This document shows, piece by piece, positions 24,934 to 37,420 of a DNA stretch of 64,000 nt; position 1 is the stretch's first letter, and every line of letters begins with the position of its first letter. The notes under the pieces are model-generated. The model worked only from the letters and a program-made list of their open reading frames with translations, did not search any database and was not told where the DNA came from. This DNA comes from Octopus vulgaris (lineage: Eukaryota), in contig OX597818.1 in NCBI GenBank assembly GCA_951406725.2, positions 120,342,001 to 120,406,000 on the forward strand. The letters are read 5' to 3'. A program made the translations under genes and the position numbers.

Positions 24934-25095
24934 GGAGTGGCTGTGTGGTAAGTAGCTTGCTTACAAAACCACATGGCTCCGGGTTCAGTCCCACTGCGTG
25001 GCACCTTGGGCAAGTGTCTTCTACTATAGCCTCGGGCCGACCAAAGCCTTGTGAGTGGACTTGGTAGACAAAAACTGAAAGAAGCCCGTCGTATA

Positions 25096-25173
<78 letters not shown>

Positions 25174-25425
25174 TGTATGTATGTATGTATGTATCTATGT
25201 ATGTATGTGTAGGTGTTCGTGTGTTTGTGTGTCTGTTTTGTCCCCCAACATCGCTTGACAACCGATGCTGGTGTATTTACGTCCCCGTAACTTAGCGGTT
25301 CGGCAAAAGAGACCGATAGAATAAATATTAGGCTTACAAAGAATAAGTCCTGGGGTCGATTTGCTCGACTAAAGACGATGCTCCAGCATGGCCACAGTCA
25401 AATGACTGAAACAATTAAAAGAGTA
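24934..25425 (+). mobile_element. SINE family 2 (tRNA head, CORE-like segment, internal microsatellite), full length
   Basis: ggagtggctgtgtggtaag..gggttcagtccc; gcaccttgggcaagtgtctt; (TA)n(TATG)n; tail gactgaaacaa..aaaagag. Confidence 0.88.
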
Positions 25426-25429
25426 TTAA

Positions 25430-26165
25430 AACACCACAGTTTTTGCTTTTATATTTCAGAGATGGACCATCCCACTATATACTTCTACCTCATAATATAT
25501 TTTGGGGGACAAGACGATATGGCCTCACTCAAGTCCAGATCAATCTCATGGACTTTTCTATCTGGTCCATCTTACAGAGAAATGTCTCTGCTCGCTCCTA
25601 TTCAAATATGTGTGGAGGCACATGGCCTAGTGGTTAGAGCAGCGGACTTGCGGTCGAGGGATTGCGGGTTCGAATCTCTCACCGGGCGATGTGTGTGTTT
25701 ATGAGTGAAAACACCTAAGATCCACGCAGCTCCGGCAGAATGTAATGGCGAACTTCTGCTGAATCTTTCGCCACAACTTTCTCTCACTCTTTCCTCCTGC
25801 ATCTTGCGGCTCACCTGCGACGGACCGGTGTCCTGTCCAGGTGGGCAACCTATACGCCAAGAAACCGGGAAACCGGCCCTTATGGGCCAGTCATGGCTCG
25901 AGAAGGAACAAAAAAAAAATATATATATTCAAATATGTCAGATCTGAAAACAACCCGTCTGTCTTCATGGATCAAGTTGGATGAAGAGGAGGTATGACGC
26001 TCATGCAACTCAGTGACCACTGGTTTGCAGGCTGCAAACGAGTGGTCACTGAATTGATCATTTTGAAAGGTGATCATTTTGAAATGTAATTGCTAATTAC
26101 TGCAATGAATTGACAATGTGCCAAATTTCATTATCTTACCTTAAGTTTATGTTGAATAATTAATA
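25430..26165 (+). pseudogene. Tc1/mariner-superfamily (maT/rosa-like) transposase 3' relic split by a SINE
   Basis: WPHSSPD/NLMDFSIWSIL is a decayed WPxxSPDLNPxDxxxW; continues after 25938 with LDEEEV*RSC. Confidence 0.6.
25612..25925 (+). mobile_element. SINE family 3 (tRNA head, V-domain-like 3' part) with a 13-bp TSD
   Basis: A-box tggcctagtgg, B-box ggttcgaatc; TSD TATTCAAATATGT at 25599-25611 and 25926-25938; A-rich tail. Confidence 0.88.
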
Positions 26166-26425
26166 TCAATGGGTAAATCTCTCTGGGACACCCTGCCGAT
26201 ACGTGTGTGTATGTGTGTGTGTGTGTGTGAGAAGTTTGAAAATTATTCGAGCATTGCAAATGTTGGAATATTCGAATTTCGCGGATTTTCGAGCAATACT
26301 TTTAAATTGAAATTTAAGGAGAAACAAAGAAATGATGTACAGTTACATGTCGAGAGTTCAGCAGGTTTAAAGAAAAATAGTCAAGACTCGATAAAATTAA
26401 TAATTTAAAAAAAAAAAGGAATAAA

Positions 26426-26785
26426 TTCTTTTTTTTCCTACTCTAGGCTCAAGGCCCGAAATTTTTGAAGAAGAGACCAGTCGATTATATCGATCTCAGT
26501 GCGAAACTGGTACTTAATTCATTGACCCCGAAAGGATGAAAGGCGAAGTCGACCTCGGCGGAATTTGAACTCAGAACGTAAAGACAGACGAAATACCGCT
26601 TAGCATTTCGCCCAGCGTACTAACGTTTCTTATTTCTTTACTGCCCACAAGGGGCTACACACAGAGGGGACAAACAAGGACAGACAAACGGATTAAGTCG
26701 ATTACATCGACTCAGTACGTAACTGGTACTTATTTAATCGACTCCGAAAGGATGAAAGGCAAAGTCGACCTCGGCGGAATTTGAA
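26426..26785 (-). mobile_element. SINE family 1 tandem dimer (Tx1-tailed unit joined into the head of a type-A unit)
   Basis: Minus junction ..gtgggcagtaaagaaata|agaaacgttagtacg at 26630/26631. Confidence 0.85.
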
Positions 26786-26818
26786 TAAAAATATACAAAT
26801 TTCCATATGCATGTAAAA

Positions 26819-26936
26819 ATTCTTCTTCTTCTTCTTCTTCTTCTTCTTCTTCTTCTTCTTCTTCTTCTTCTTCTTCTTCTTCTTCTTCTTCTTCTTCTTC
26901 TTCTTCTTCTTCTTCTTCTTCTTCTTCTTCTTCTTC
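26819..26936. repeat. Pure (CTT)n microsatellite
   Basis: Direct reading. Confidence 0.95.
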
Positions 26937-27138
26937 GTTAGCGCGTCGGACAAAATGCTTAGCAACATTTCTTCCGGCGCATTATGTTCTGGTCCCATGC
27001 CACCGAGATTGGCTTTGCCTTTCATCTTTCCGGAGTCGATTAAATAAGTGCCAATTGAGTACGGGGAAAAAGGGTGAGGGTGTAAACGACTAATCCCATT
27101 CCCCAAACTTTATGGCCAAGATTATTATTATTATTATT

Positions 27139-27654
27139 GATTGAGAGAGCAGCGCATACCATCAAGTTGATACTGGGTACAAATATACGAAGCTCAATAA
27201 ACCCATCGTGATGGCCCATCTGATAAGGGTACACCAGGCCCATCCATCACAACCATATGTGTGCGACATGGTGATCTCATATCAAGACAAACAAAGCATG
27301 ACCTTGCAGGTAGGGCCTAGTTGGAATTTTCTTCATGTCGAGTAGCCTATCTCGCTCAACAAGTCCCTGAATAGGGGTTGTTTAAGGACGATGAACGAAA
27401 CATTCGTTGTTTCCAAATGTGAATTATTCAAACCCCAAAGATTTCCTCTCAACACATGGCTACTCCTGCTCGTGATCAGAGATACACATATCGTCAGCAA
27501 CTCAGGGACATGCTCAGCTGGTTAAGGTCAAACAAGCAAGTTGAATATTTACTGTTGCTCATCTTTTACACTAAGACAAAACATAAACATGTTAACACCT
27601 CCAATCATTTAAGATCTGAAGCGATAAGATCCACTGTTCACACTGAATTAGTGC

Positions 27655-27655
<1 letters not shown>
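27139..27655 (-). mobile_element. ~540-bp TAA-array repeat, diverged copy 3
   Basis: Inverted homolog of 3909-4443, flanked by (ATT)n on both sides. Confidence 0.8.
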
Positions 27656-27726
<71 letters not shown>

Positions 27727-27740
27727 CATCATCATCATCA

Positions 27741-27802
<62 letters not shown>

Positions 27803-27803
27803 T

Positions 27804-28715
27804 TAACTTAGGTTTTGATGGAACTTCTGGAGTCTTCCCATTTCCTTTATATTTATCTCTATACCTTCTCTCAATATTTCCCCCAAGGCCCCAACAATAA
27901 TCGGCACTATCTTTTTATCCTCCAGAGTCTGGCTATCTCGTATTTAAGAGGATTGTATACGTCTATTTTTTTTGCCTTCCTTCTTAACTATTTGTGGGTC
28001 AAATGGGCTTACAACGCCAGTTATGTGATCTACCTTGTCCAGCATCACTAGGTCCGGCTTGCTGTGCTCAAGGACCTAGGCTGTTAGAAGTGGGAAATTC
28101 AACAGGATTTTGCAAGTTTCCGACTCAGCCACTCCTTGTTGTTTGTTTTGTACCACGTTTCGCCTCTCTCTAACCCCCGTTTTTCACACAGATTTCAATG
28201 CAGCACTTTTGCTACCTTATCGTGTTGACACAAATTATTCTGATTTTGATCAAGTCGAGGCCATCCATTTACAATATGAGCAATAGTTTCGTCAAATCCA
28301 TTGTAAATTCTGCACAATGGAGACACTTGCTCATTTCTAAGGATGAGCCTCCAATTTGTGGCAAAAGCTTGACCTTGCGCTGCAAGTATAGTGATTTCAC
28401 TCTCGTTTTTACGTGCTCCTTTCTTTAACCAGCCTTGAGTAACTTCAGCTGGGGCTACATGGAACTGATTATGTAATCTCTTGTTTTGTAGTCGTTGAGT
28501 AGTGCTTCTTCATGTCATTCTTCTGCTTCTTGTTTTGTTCTTTTCTTTTTTCCTGCTTTCAATATGTCCCCATCTCTAATTGTCACTAGCAAGATTTCTT
28601 CACTTTGGGTTAGATACCTCAGTATGTTCCTCTATTCAACAAGCACGCAGTCTTTCACACTTATCAGTCCGCTTCTTCCATTTGTACTTTTCGTGTATTG
28701 ACGATCAAATGTTTG
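27804..28715 (-). mobile_element. Old R4/Dong-like relic (third family)
   Basis: Minus translation DRQYTKSTNGRSGLISVKDCV, CRIYNGFDETIAHIVNG, HDKVAKVLH, KPDLV, VPIIVGALG; ends in a (TAA)n array. Confidence 0.78.
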
Positions 28716-31563
28716 CACGCAGATCGAGTTGTTAATACAGAAGGCATTAACAGGCACCATCATTAATAACAAATGGTGGTACGCCATAAAAAGAGCCATC
28801 GAATATGAGTCTATTAGGTTTAGCATAAGTTTTGCTAAGAAGGGATGTAGAATAGGAGATGGTTTAGTTAAGGAACTAGAAGAAGCCTGGAGAACTGGTA
28901 ATGCGGACCAAGCGAGGGTGAAAAGACTGGAGTTAAACCAGCATCTTGAAGTCCAACACATGGGAAGTATTGCCAGATCTAAGTTACGTGCATTGGGAAG
29001 TGAAGCAATCACAGCCGTGGGATGGGCCCGAGTGGTGGAAGCTCAACAAGGAAATAGTTCCACTATTTGGTCTTTGACGAATCAAAATGGTGTCTTGGTA
29101 AACGAACCCTAGAAAATGTGTGAGGCCTTTCGGGAGTACTTCGCCCAGCTGTTCGGGGGTGGCGGCGGTCCTGATGGTGGGAGAGCCCTCGAGAACTTTC
29201 TTGCCGAACTGCCGTGTCTCTCGGGGTCTTGCGAAGGGCCAATCACGCCTGTGAAGGTGATGGAGGCTTTGGCCGACTGTAAAGCGGGTAAGTCGCTGGG
29301 ACTTGATGGTCTTCTGTACGAGCTGTATAAATGTATGCCAGACTTGTTCGGACATCTACTGGCTGACGTGTACGCGAACTGGCAACAAAATGGGTCTATC
29401 CCCAGATCTGTGCGCCGACGAATAGTGACGTTGATCAGAAAGGATCCGAACAAGGGGGACGTTATAGAGCGTTTCAGGCCCATCACTCTGTTAAACGCAG
29501 AAGTGAAGATTTTGGTCAAAGTTTTAGCAAAAAGGTTAGTGCGTGTCGCGAATGGTATAGTCGGGGAGGCAAAGACATGTACCATCCAAGGCAGAACCAT
29601 TCAGGATACCCTCCACCTTATTCGCTATACCATAGAGAGGGTTGGTAATAAATTTGGCAAAGGTGGGGCATTGGTACATTTGGACCAGTCTGAAGCTTTT
29701 GATAGGGTCGACCATCGATGCCTGGCAACTGTGCTTTACCAGTTCTCCAGGATTTTTCTAGTTCCTTAACTGTGCTTGCGCGATTCGGCCTGGGCCTTGG
29801 CTTCCTCAGGTGGTTTATCGCTCTGTACTACAACATTGACTCGATACTTCGGGTGAACGGTTCCGTTCGTCAAGGATATCCACTCTCACCACTTTTGTAT
29901 GTGGTGGCTCTCGAGCTCCTACTGCGAAGGTTGAGTGACATCCCGAGAGAACCAGGTCTGGAGGAGTTTGTTACGGCTTACGTGGATGATATCACTATCA
30001 GCGTAACCTCAGTAGCACGCCTACGTAAAGTGGGTAAGACTATTGAGGTTTACGAGATGGTGGCAGGAGCAAAGATTAACCGGGAAAAATCGGTCGGCTT
30101 GCAGCTCGGCACCTGGGTTGGTAAGTCGATAACTTGAGACAGCGTTGTTGGGCGCTGGACGGAAGGACCGGTTAAGTTGGCGGGAGTTTGGTTCGGACCA
30201 GGCCTCCAGGTAGAGAAAAACTGGGTGGAGGTATTGAGCAGGGTGGCTGCAGTAGTCAAGACCTGGTCTTGGCGGTGGCTATCTCTGAAAGGGAGGGTGG
30301 AGGTGACCAATGTATTTATCGCATCGGTCATTACCTACCGCCTGACCATCGTGCCCTGTCCGGAATCGTGGGTGATCAGGGTGCAGAGACAGCTCTTTAG
30401 CTTTTTGAGGAAGGGCAGGTCGCCACTTGTGAAACGCTTTGTTTGCTGTCAAAAGCCTTTAAAGGGAGGTTTAGGGATGCTTTGGTTAATATTGCGCAGG
30501 CATGCGTTGAGGTTGGGGCACCTCTGGATTCTCCTGGATAGTGAACGGGTGTGGTCTCCGCTGGCCAGACATGTTCCCCGAGTTCAAAAGTTTTTGCAAA
30601 TAGGAAGCCTGGTGTTCTCGTAGACCGAGGTCGAGTGAATGGCATAAAGAGTGCCGTAAGGCCCTCTTACTATTCCGGCGCTCGGTCAACGCCAACGGTG
30701 GGGATTCCACACGGATTTTATATAGTGGGTTGGTAGAGTCTGAATGCGACAATGGCCTAGGAGCGACTCTAGGTCTCGTGTTTATTCAACTAGACAGCCT
30801 GTTTCACCGTACATTCGGGTTCAGAACTTTGGATAACTTCCAAAAGTCCTTGGCCTGGCAATGCTACAGAGGTGCCTTGCCCGTTTGGGATAAGCTCGCA
30901 AGACACGGTAAGCGTCAGTCGCCGACCTGTCCAAGATACGGGGGAGACAGAGAAACCGTCCCTCACGCTGTGTCCGGAGATATCTGAAATGTGGGCTTAT
31001 GCTGAACACCTGTTGTCCGGCGAAGGAAGATTTCAGCTGTCGACTGAGTCAATCATAAAAATTGACCCACCGGGAGTTTTAACAAACGAAGGTAAGAATT
31101 GTTTTCTCACGGTTGTAGCAATAGCGAAAGAGGCAGTGTGGAAGACTAGGATAAAAGGGATTAAGACTGGCAACTTTATCTCTGGCCACAATTTACGATC
31201 ATTTTTTACTTTTTATTTGAAAAGGAAGGTGTGGCTGGAGAAGAGGTGTCTGTCGGAGTGTACGTTCTAAAAGAGATGGAAGCATGCTGCACGAGTGTTG
31301 TGCGTGCAAGGAGCCGTGTGAATAGATGGAAAAAAGAGCAAAAAAAAAAAAGGTACCAGTGATAGATCGGGGCTTGTGGGGTCAGAGCGTGGCCTGATCA
31401 TCGCTTCATTTGTATTGTCTCTGTATTGTTAATTTCATTCGATTTTTTAATATTTTATTTAATTTTTAAAGTCACATTATATGTAAAACCATATCGCATT
31501 ACTGATCCCATCAATTGTTCTGTCCATTTCTATGTTTAGCCCCCGGTGGGCAATAAAGAAATT
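28716..31563 (+). mobile_element. 5'-truncated, inactive Tx1/L1-clade LINE ORF2 plus 3' UTR
   Basis: GKSLGLDGLLYELY, FRPITLLNAEVKILVKVL, LDQSEAFDRVDH, VRQGYPLSPLLY, AYVDDI, GAKINREKS, LSLKGR, GGLGM, CPRYGGDRETVPH; multiple stops and frameshifts; tail ..gtgggcaataaagaaatt. Confidence 0.9.
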
Positions 31564-31735
31564 GGTATTTCCTTTATCTTTACGTTCTGAATTCAAATTC
31601 CACCGAGGTCGACTTTGCCTTTTATCCTTTCGCGGCTGATAAATTAAGTACCAGTTGCGTACTGAGGCCGATCTAATCGACTGGCCCCCTCCCTCAAAAT
31701 TTCAGGCCTTATACCTAGAGTAGAAAAGATTATTA
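31564..31735 (+). mobile_element. SINE family 1 lacking its 5' ~50 nt, directly abutting the Tx1 tail
   Basis: ggtatttc..ttacgttctgaattcaaattcc..tagagtagaaaag. Confidence 0.85.
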
Positions 31736-32029
31736 ATTAGGTGAAAGAGGAGAATCACAAGGGGAGTGAATAAATGAAGACATTACCTTTTTCTGGGTAA
31801 AATTAGAATATAAAATTTAGTCTGGTCAACCGAGATGGGCTGGAAATAGGGGACTAAAGAATATATTCATTAGGAAATGATGAGAGGGGTCTTTGTTTCA
31901 GCGAAGTCCGCAAACATTGGGGCTAAAAAGGAAGAATTGATCGGATATTTACTGCTGTTTTTTTTCCCTTTTTTTTTGCATTTTTGTGGGTGAGTAGAGG
32001 GCGACGTTATTCATAAACACATACACGCA

Positions 32030-32347
32030 TCGTGGCACTCTGTCGGTTATGATGACGAGGGTTCCAGTTGAACCGATCAACGGAACAGCCTGCTTGTGAA
32101 ATTAACGCGCCCTTAACGTAGTTCTCGGGGAGATTCAGCGTGACACAGAGTGTGACAAAGCTGGCTCTTTGAAATACAGGTACAACAGAAACAGCAGGGT
32201 TCGCCATCACCCCTTGACGAAATCTCGTGGTGTTTTAGATGTTTTCGCTCAATAAACACTCACAACGCCCGGTCTGGGAATCGAAACCGTGATCCTATGA
32301 CAACGAATCCGCCGCCCTAACCACTGGGCCGGTGCACCTCCACGCAC
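32030..32347 (-). mobile_element. Chimeric SINE: family 3 head plus alternative tail
   Basis: Head matches 25612-25740; tail matches 43590-43770. Confidence 0.75.
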
Positions 32348-32411
32348 ACATACGTACATATATATACTTATTACGGTATATATACATATAGGTATATATA
32401 CATATAGGTGT

Positions 32412-32820
32412 AGGAGTGGCTGTGTGGGAAGTAGCTTGCTTACCAACCACATGGTTCAGTCCCACTACGTGGCACCTTGGGCAAGTGTCTTCTATTATAG
32501 CCCCGAGCCGACCAAAGCCTTGTGAGTGGATTTGGTAGATGGAAACTGAAAGAAGCCCGTCGTATATATGTATATATACGTGTGTGTGTGTGTGTGTATG
32601 TTTGTGTATCTGTGTTTGTCCCCCACCACCAACATCGCTTGACAACCGATGCTGGTGTGTTTACATCCCCGTAAGCTAGCGGTTCGGCATGAAAGAGACC
32701 GATAGAATAAGTTACTAGGCTTACAAAGAATACGTCGTGGGGTTGATTTGCTCGACTAAAGGCGGTGCTCCAGCATGGCCACAGTCACATGACTGAAACA
32801 AGTAAAAGAGTAAAAGAGAG
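32412..32820 (+). mobile_element. SINE family 2, full length
   Basis: Homology to 24934-25425. Confidence 0.88.
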
Positions 32821-32999
32821 TATATATATATACTCATTGATTAATTTACGTGTGTGTATACATACGTGTGTGTGTGTGTGTGTGTGTGTGATCGAAATAT
32901 TCTGTGATTTTTAGTTGACAGCTTTAAAGATAATTTTTCCCCCGCAGTGCAAAATGTACACACACACATTTTCTTATCAGTTCCTCCTTAATACCCATC

Positions 33000-33186
33000 T
33001 CAGAAACTATTCCCTTTTTTTTACTGTACACCTCATATACCAAGTCCTTTGTTTGCTACCAATTTATACCCCTCTCTTATAGTCGCTTCCTTCCCATTTC
33101 CTGTTTCCCCTGCACAATCATTTGCTGCCCTTTCCTCGCCTTTTCCCTTGTCAATTCTCTCTAACTTTCTTTCTCTCTCTCTCTTT

Positions 33187-33242
<56 letters not shown>

Positions 33243-33710
33243 CGTCTGCATTTATGAGTCTCCCCTTCTGACTTAGCCCCTATCTCATTCTCTTACCACA
33301 TCTCTGTTCTCTCTTCATATTTTCTTCATCTCTTCCCCTTTTCGCACTTTCTCTTTCGACTTCTCTTCTCCCTCTACAAATAAACATATTCTCCTCACAT
33401 CCTTATTTTGTCATCTACTGTTCGTTATCCGATTTTGTTTCACGTACAAACACTTATCTTTCTCCCTTAATTCTCTCCTTTATTCCCAGGCAAGCTTCCT
33501 TCCTTCCCTTTAAAAAAAATCCACCCACTTTCTCCCGCTCATCTTTTTTTTTCTTTTTCTTTTTACACTTTCTCTCTTTCTTTCTCACCCTTGTAGTTCT
33601 TTGTTTCTCTTTCTCCTCTTCCTTCGCCTCCCTTTCCTCCTCCTCCACCTCAATCACTGTTGCTGTGGTGGACCTACATGTCTCTTTCTCTCTCTCTATT
33701 CTTATAGCCT
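33000..33710 (+). promoter_or_regulatory. Pyrimidine-rich, TE-free tract upstream of tweety (promoter/5' UTR, or acceptor at 33707)
   Basis: Strong CT skew; tctctctattcttatag acceptor-like site; ~0.5 kb upstream of the ATG. Confidence 0.35.
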
Positions 33711-34178
33711 GTACGTATCATAGAGACAGTAGCAGTAATGAAAGTACGGATTGCCCACTGCATCAACCGAACTACTGTTTAGCAGTCGTGGAAAAACGAT
33801 TGGCAATTACCCCCACCCCCACCCCCATCCTGTATCACCACCATCATTATCTAAATTACACGCACTGCCTGTAGTATACATATATATAAATATACATTAT
33901 GTATGTACGTATGTACATCCGTATATATTAACTACATATTTACAAGCCCTTCCAGTTTGACGCTCCTTCTCAATATGTAAATACACATGCATACGCACGC
34001 GCACACACTCATTCACATATGTATTAAGTCCATCAAACCTTCGCCTCATTCACAACATTAAAAGAGAAGAGGTGAAGCGAGGAAATTGTACCGTGTGATC
34101 TGCTTACAATATACATCTAGACACATGTGTTGCTTTTAAGAGAAAAGCTCAGTGGTTCTTTATTACCAGCACTTAATC

Positions 34179-34310
34179 ATGTTGAATTCGGTAATAGGAC
34201 AATACGAAAAACTGTGGTTGGCAGATTTTTTCCACCGATTCCCTCATGTCAACTTTACCTGGCCATGGGCTGATTCTCATTTTAGTTCAGTCAACATTCC
34301 TTATTTCCAC
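34179..34310 (+). CDS. TTYH: Tweety homolog (TTYH family membrane protein), first coding exon, 44 aa
   Basis: MLNSVIGQYEKLWLADFFHRFPHVNFTWPWADSHFSSVNIPYFH matches the recalled Tweety N-terminal pattern Y..xW...LH..PH.N.....NSTF......Y; in-frame upstream TAA at 34137-34139; GTAAGT donor at 34311, phase 0, at the position recalled for TTYH intron 1. Confidence 0.8.
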
Positions 34311-35164
34311 GTAAGTATTTTAATTGTCTTTATTTAAAGATAGTCCACACACTCACATAATATTATGTGTGATTTCTCGGCGTTTTGTGACCTTACCGTT
34401 TGATTTAAATGACAGTGTTATATTTGGTAAACACATGTTATTAATACACACTTTGATGGAACTACACAAAAGAAAGATTTCAATTACAAATATAAACATT
34501 TTAATCACGCACACACACAAACACACACACATATGTGAAACATACACACGCACTGCGCGTGTGTATGTCACTATAATAATTAAAATCTATCGAACATTTT
34601 TCTCGTGATTTAAAAGTATTGGGTGTTGGCTCTGTGAAAGGCTTAAATTTTGACCTTTTCTTCCTCAAAAATATAACCAATAATAAATGGAAATTAGGCT
34701 CATCCCCTTCTCCGCTTCCTTGTTGAGACTAGACCCTTTGTTTCTTAGTACTCCAGTCTGAATTCCTTGTTTGTATATATATATATGTGTATATATACAC
34801 TCTCTACCGTTCTATATCCACTATGACCGTTGAAAATTGTCAGTCAGCGTACAAACGATATGTTCATTGGTTTTATCATTGAGGACTGCTACTATCACCA
34901 ACCAACCTTCTTTTATTGCTCGTGTTTGTTTTTGTTTCACTATCTTCAGATATCATTTAATAATTCTGTCATTTAGTTATTTATTTTTTACTGAAGCTTT
35001 TTTTTTCCCCCGCCACAAATGTATAAAATACAAAATAAAAAGAGATCTTTAACCGTATGCTAACAAGATAAAATAAAATGAACATTCAGCGTACATTTCA
35101 TACTAATTAACAAAAGAATTCTGATTACCACCGAACCATAACTTACGTATAGGTTTATCTAAAC

Positions 35165-35238
<74 letters not shown>

Positions 35239-36339
35239 TATATGTGTGTACCTACATGGCAATAATAACAAATTTATACTTTTATACAATTTGTTATATA
35301 TACGGTCGTATGCGTTTATATCATCCATATATCTGTCATATATTTTCAGTATATACACCTGCGAGATTCGTTATATATATATATACACATACATACACAC
35401 ACACCTTCACATAGGCATTTAAATGTCGCCCTTATGGCAGTAAACGAAATATTTATTATTGATTTATTTACAATAATATATAAAAATAATCTTCAATATT
35501 TTCATTGTGAATTCATTTACAAATCTATCCCTTTTTTCAGTTATTATTCTTATGAAGCTGATTTCTTGTTTTTCTTGTAATTTGATTTTTCAATAGTTGT
35601 ATCATTTATTATTAATATTGTTTTTAGTTAAGAGATCATTTTTATTTCCCGCCGAGATTTATCTTGTCCTCAGTCCTTCCGGAACCAATAAAATAAAACA
35701 CGAGTCAAGTACGGGGCCCCAATTTGTCTATTTAATTACCAGTCCCTTCCACAACCCCACAAATTCGAGGGCTCTGTGCCAGTGTAAGAAATAATTTTAT
35801 CAACAAACGACCAAAAAAACGTGTAAATGTTGGTCTGGCTACTACCCATGGCTTGATGGATACTTCTGTACCCCTTGGTGTTACCCAGCTATCTACCCCT
35901 TTACCATCATCTCTACTCTTTGACATTCTCTTTCCTGGAGATTGGAATACTCAGATCTTATGACTCCACAGAGCCTTCAACAAGAGACACAATCTCAAGC
36001 TGCTTTTTCTTTTTAAGATAGGAAGAAAATATAGATTCTTCAAAATTCGATAACCATTCGTATTTTCTTCGGTCGTGTGTGTGTGTGCTTACAACCAGGT
36101 TCGATCTGCTAGTAATAGTAAACAAATTTCCCTCAAATTACATCATTTTAAAAATAGGACACATTGGATAGTTTTAAGCACACTAAAAAGAAAGACGATG
36201 ATTATAGGCATACCATCCGTGACCATCCAGTTTTTAAAGTGTATATTGGTCTGCATTATCCAATGTTTTCTATTTAAGATGGTTCGGATGTAGTTTAAAG
36301 GTGATTTAGGTGCTATTTCCAGCAGATGGAATCTGGTTG

Positions 36340-36680
36340 TGGTATGTATATGTGTATGCATGTATGTGTATATATATATGTGTGTGCGTGTGTTTGCATG
36401 CATGCATGTATGTATGTGTGCATGCATGTATGTGTATATGCATGCATGTATATATGTGTATGCATGTGTGTGTGTGTGTATGTATGTGTGTATGCATGTG
36501 TGTGTGTGTGTATGTATGTGTGTATGCATGCATGTATGTGTGTGTGTATGCATGCATGTATGTATGTGTCATGTATGTATGTGTATATGCATGTGTGCGT
36601 GTATGCATGTATGCGTTTGTGTGTGTATGCATGTATGTATATGTGTATTTTTACGAGATGTGTATATGTGTATATACTCA
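36340..36680. repeat. Degenerate (GT/ATGC/ATGT)n microsatellite
   Basis: Direct reading. Confidence 0.9.
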
Positions 36681-37055
36681 CATGCCTGTTCAGTTTACAT
36701 TAGAATATTAAATTGATTTGAAATAGAAAATAAATAAAAATCAAAATTAAACCAGTGCTGGACGATCTCACCATCACACCAGCAGTTGATCTTTGGTTCA
36801 GTGTCACCAAGATGCTGTTCATAAGATATTCTACGTTTGTAGTGTGCAGAATTTCAAACAAGAAACCATATTGACCCTAATTGTTAAACTATTGTGTGTG
36901 TATGCGTGTGTATATATATATAATGCCTTTAACCTATATAGCATGAATGTACAAATATATATAATTCTAATACAACACATGCATGGAATGTTTCCTAAGA
37001 AATACATGAATTTCTTTTATTGTGTTTTTATATGTATGTGTGTATCTGTATGTAT

Positions 37056-37382
37056 GTATACATGTCTTGAGTATGTATATAACACATTCAGTTTTAAATA
37101 TACAGACACTATTTTATATACTAAGGTGTGTGAATATGTACATATACAATTTATATATATGTGTGTGTGTATATGTATACATGTCTTGTGTATGCATATT
37201 ACACATTTAGTTTTAAATATACACACCCTATTTTATATACTTAGGTGTGTGAATATGTACATATACAATTTATATATATGTGTGTATATGTATACATGTC
37301 TTGTGTACGCATATTACACATTCAGTTTTAAATATACACACAGTATTTTATATACTTAGGTGTGTGAATATGTACATATACA

Positions 37383-37420
<38 letters not shown>

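Noticed and set aside
25612-25690. tRNA-like sequence with A and B boxes
   Set aside because: It is a SINE head (TSD, tail, homolog at 32270-32347) without a proper acceptor stem, not a tRNA gene
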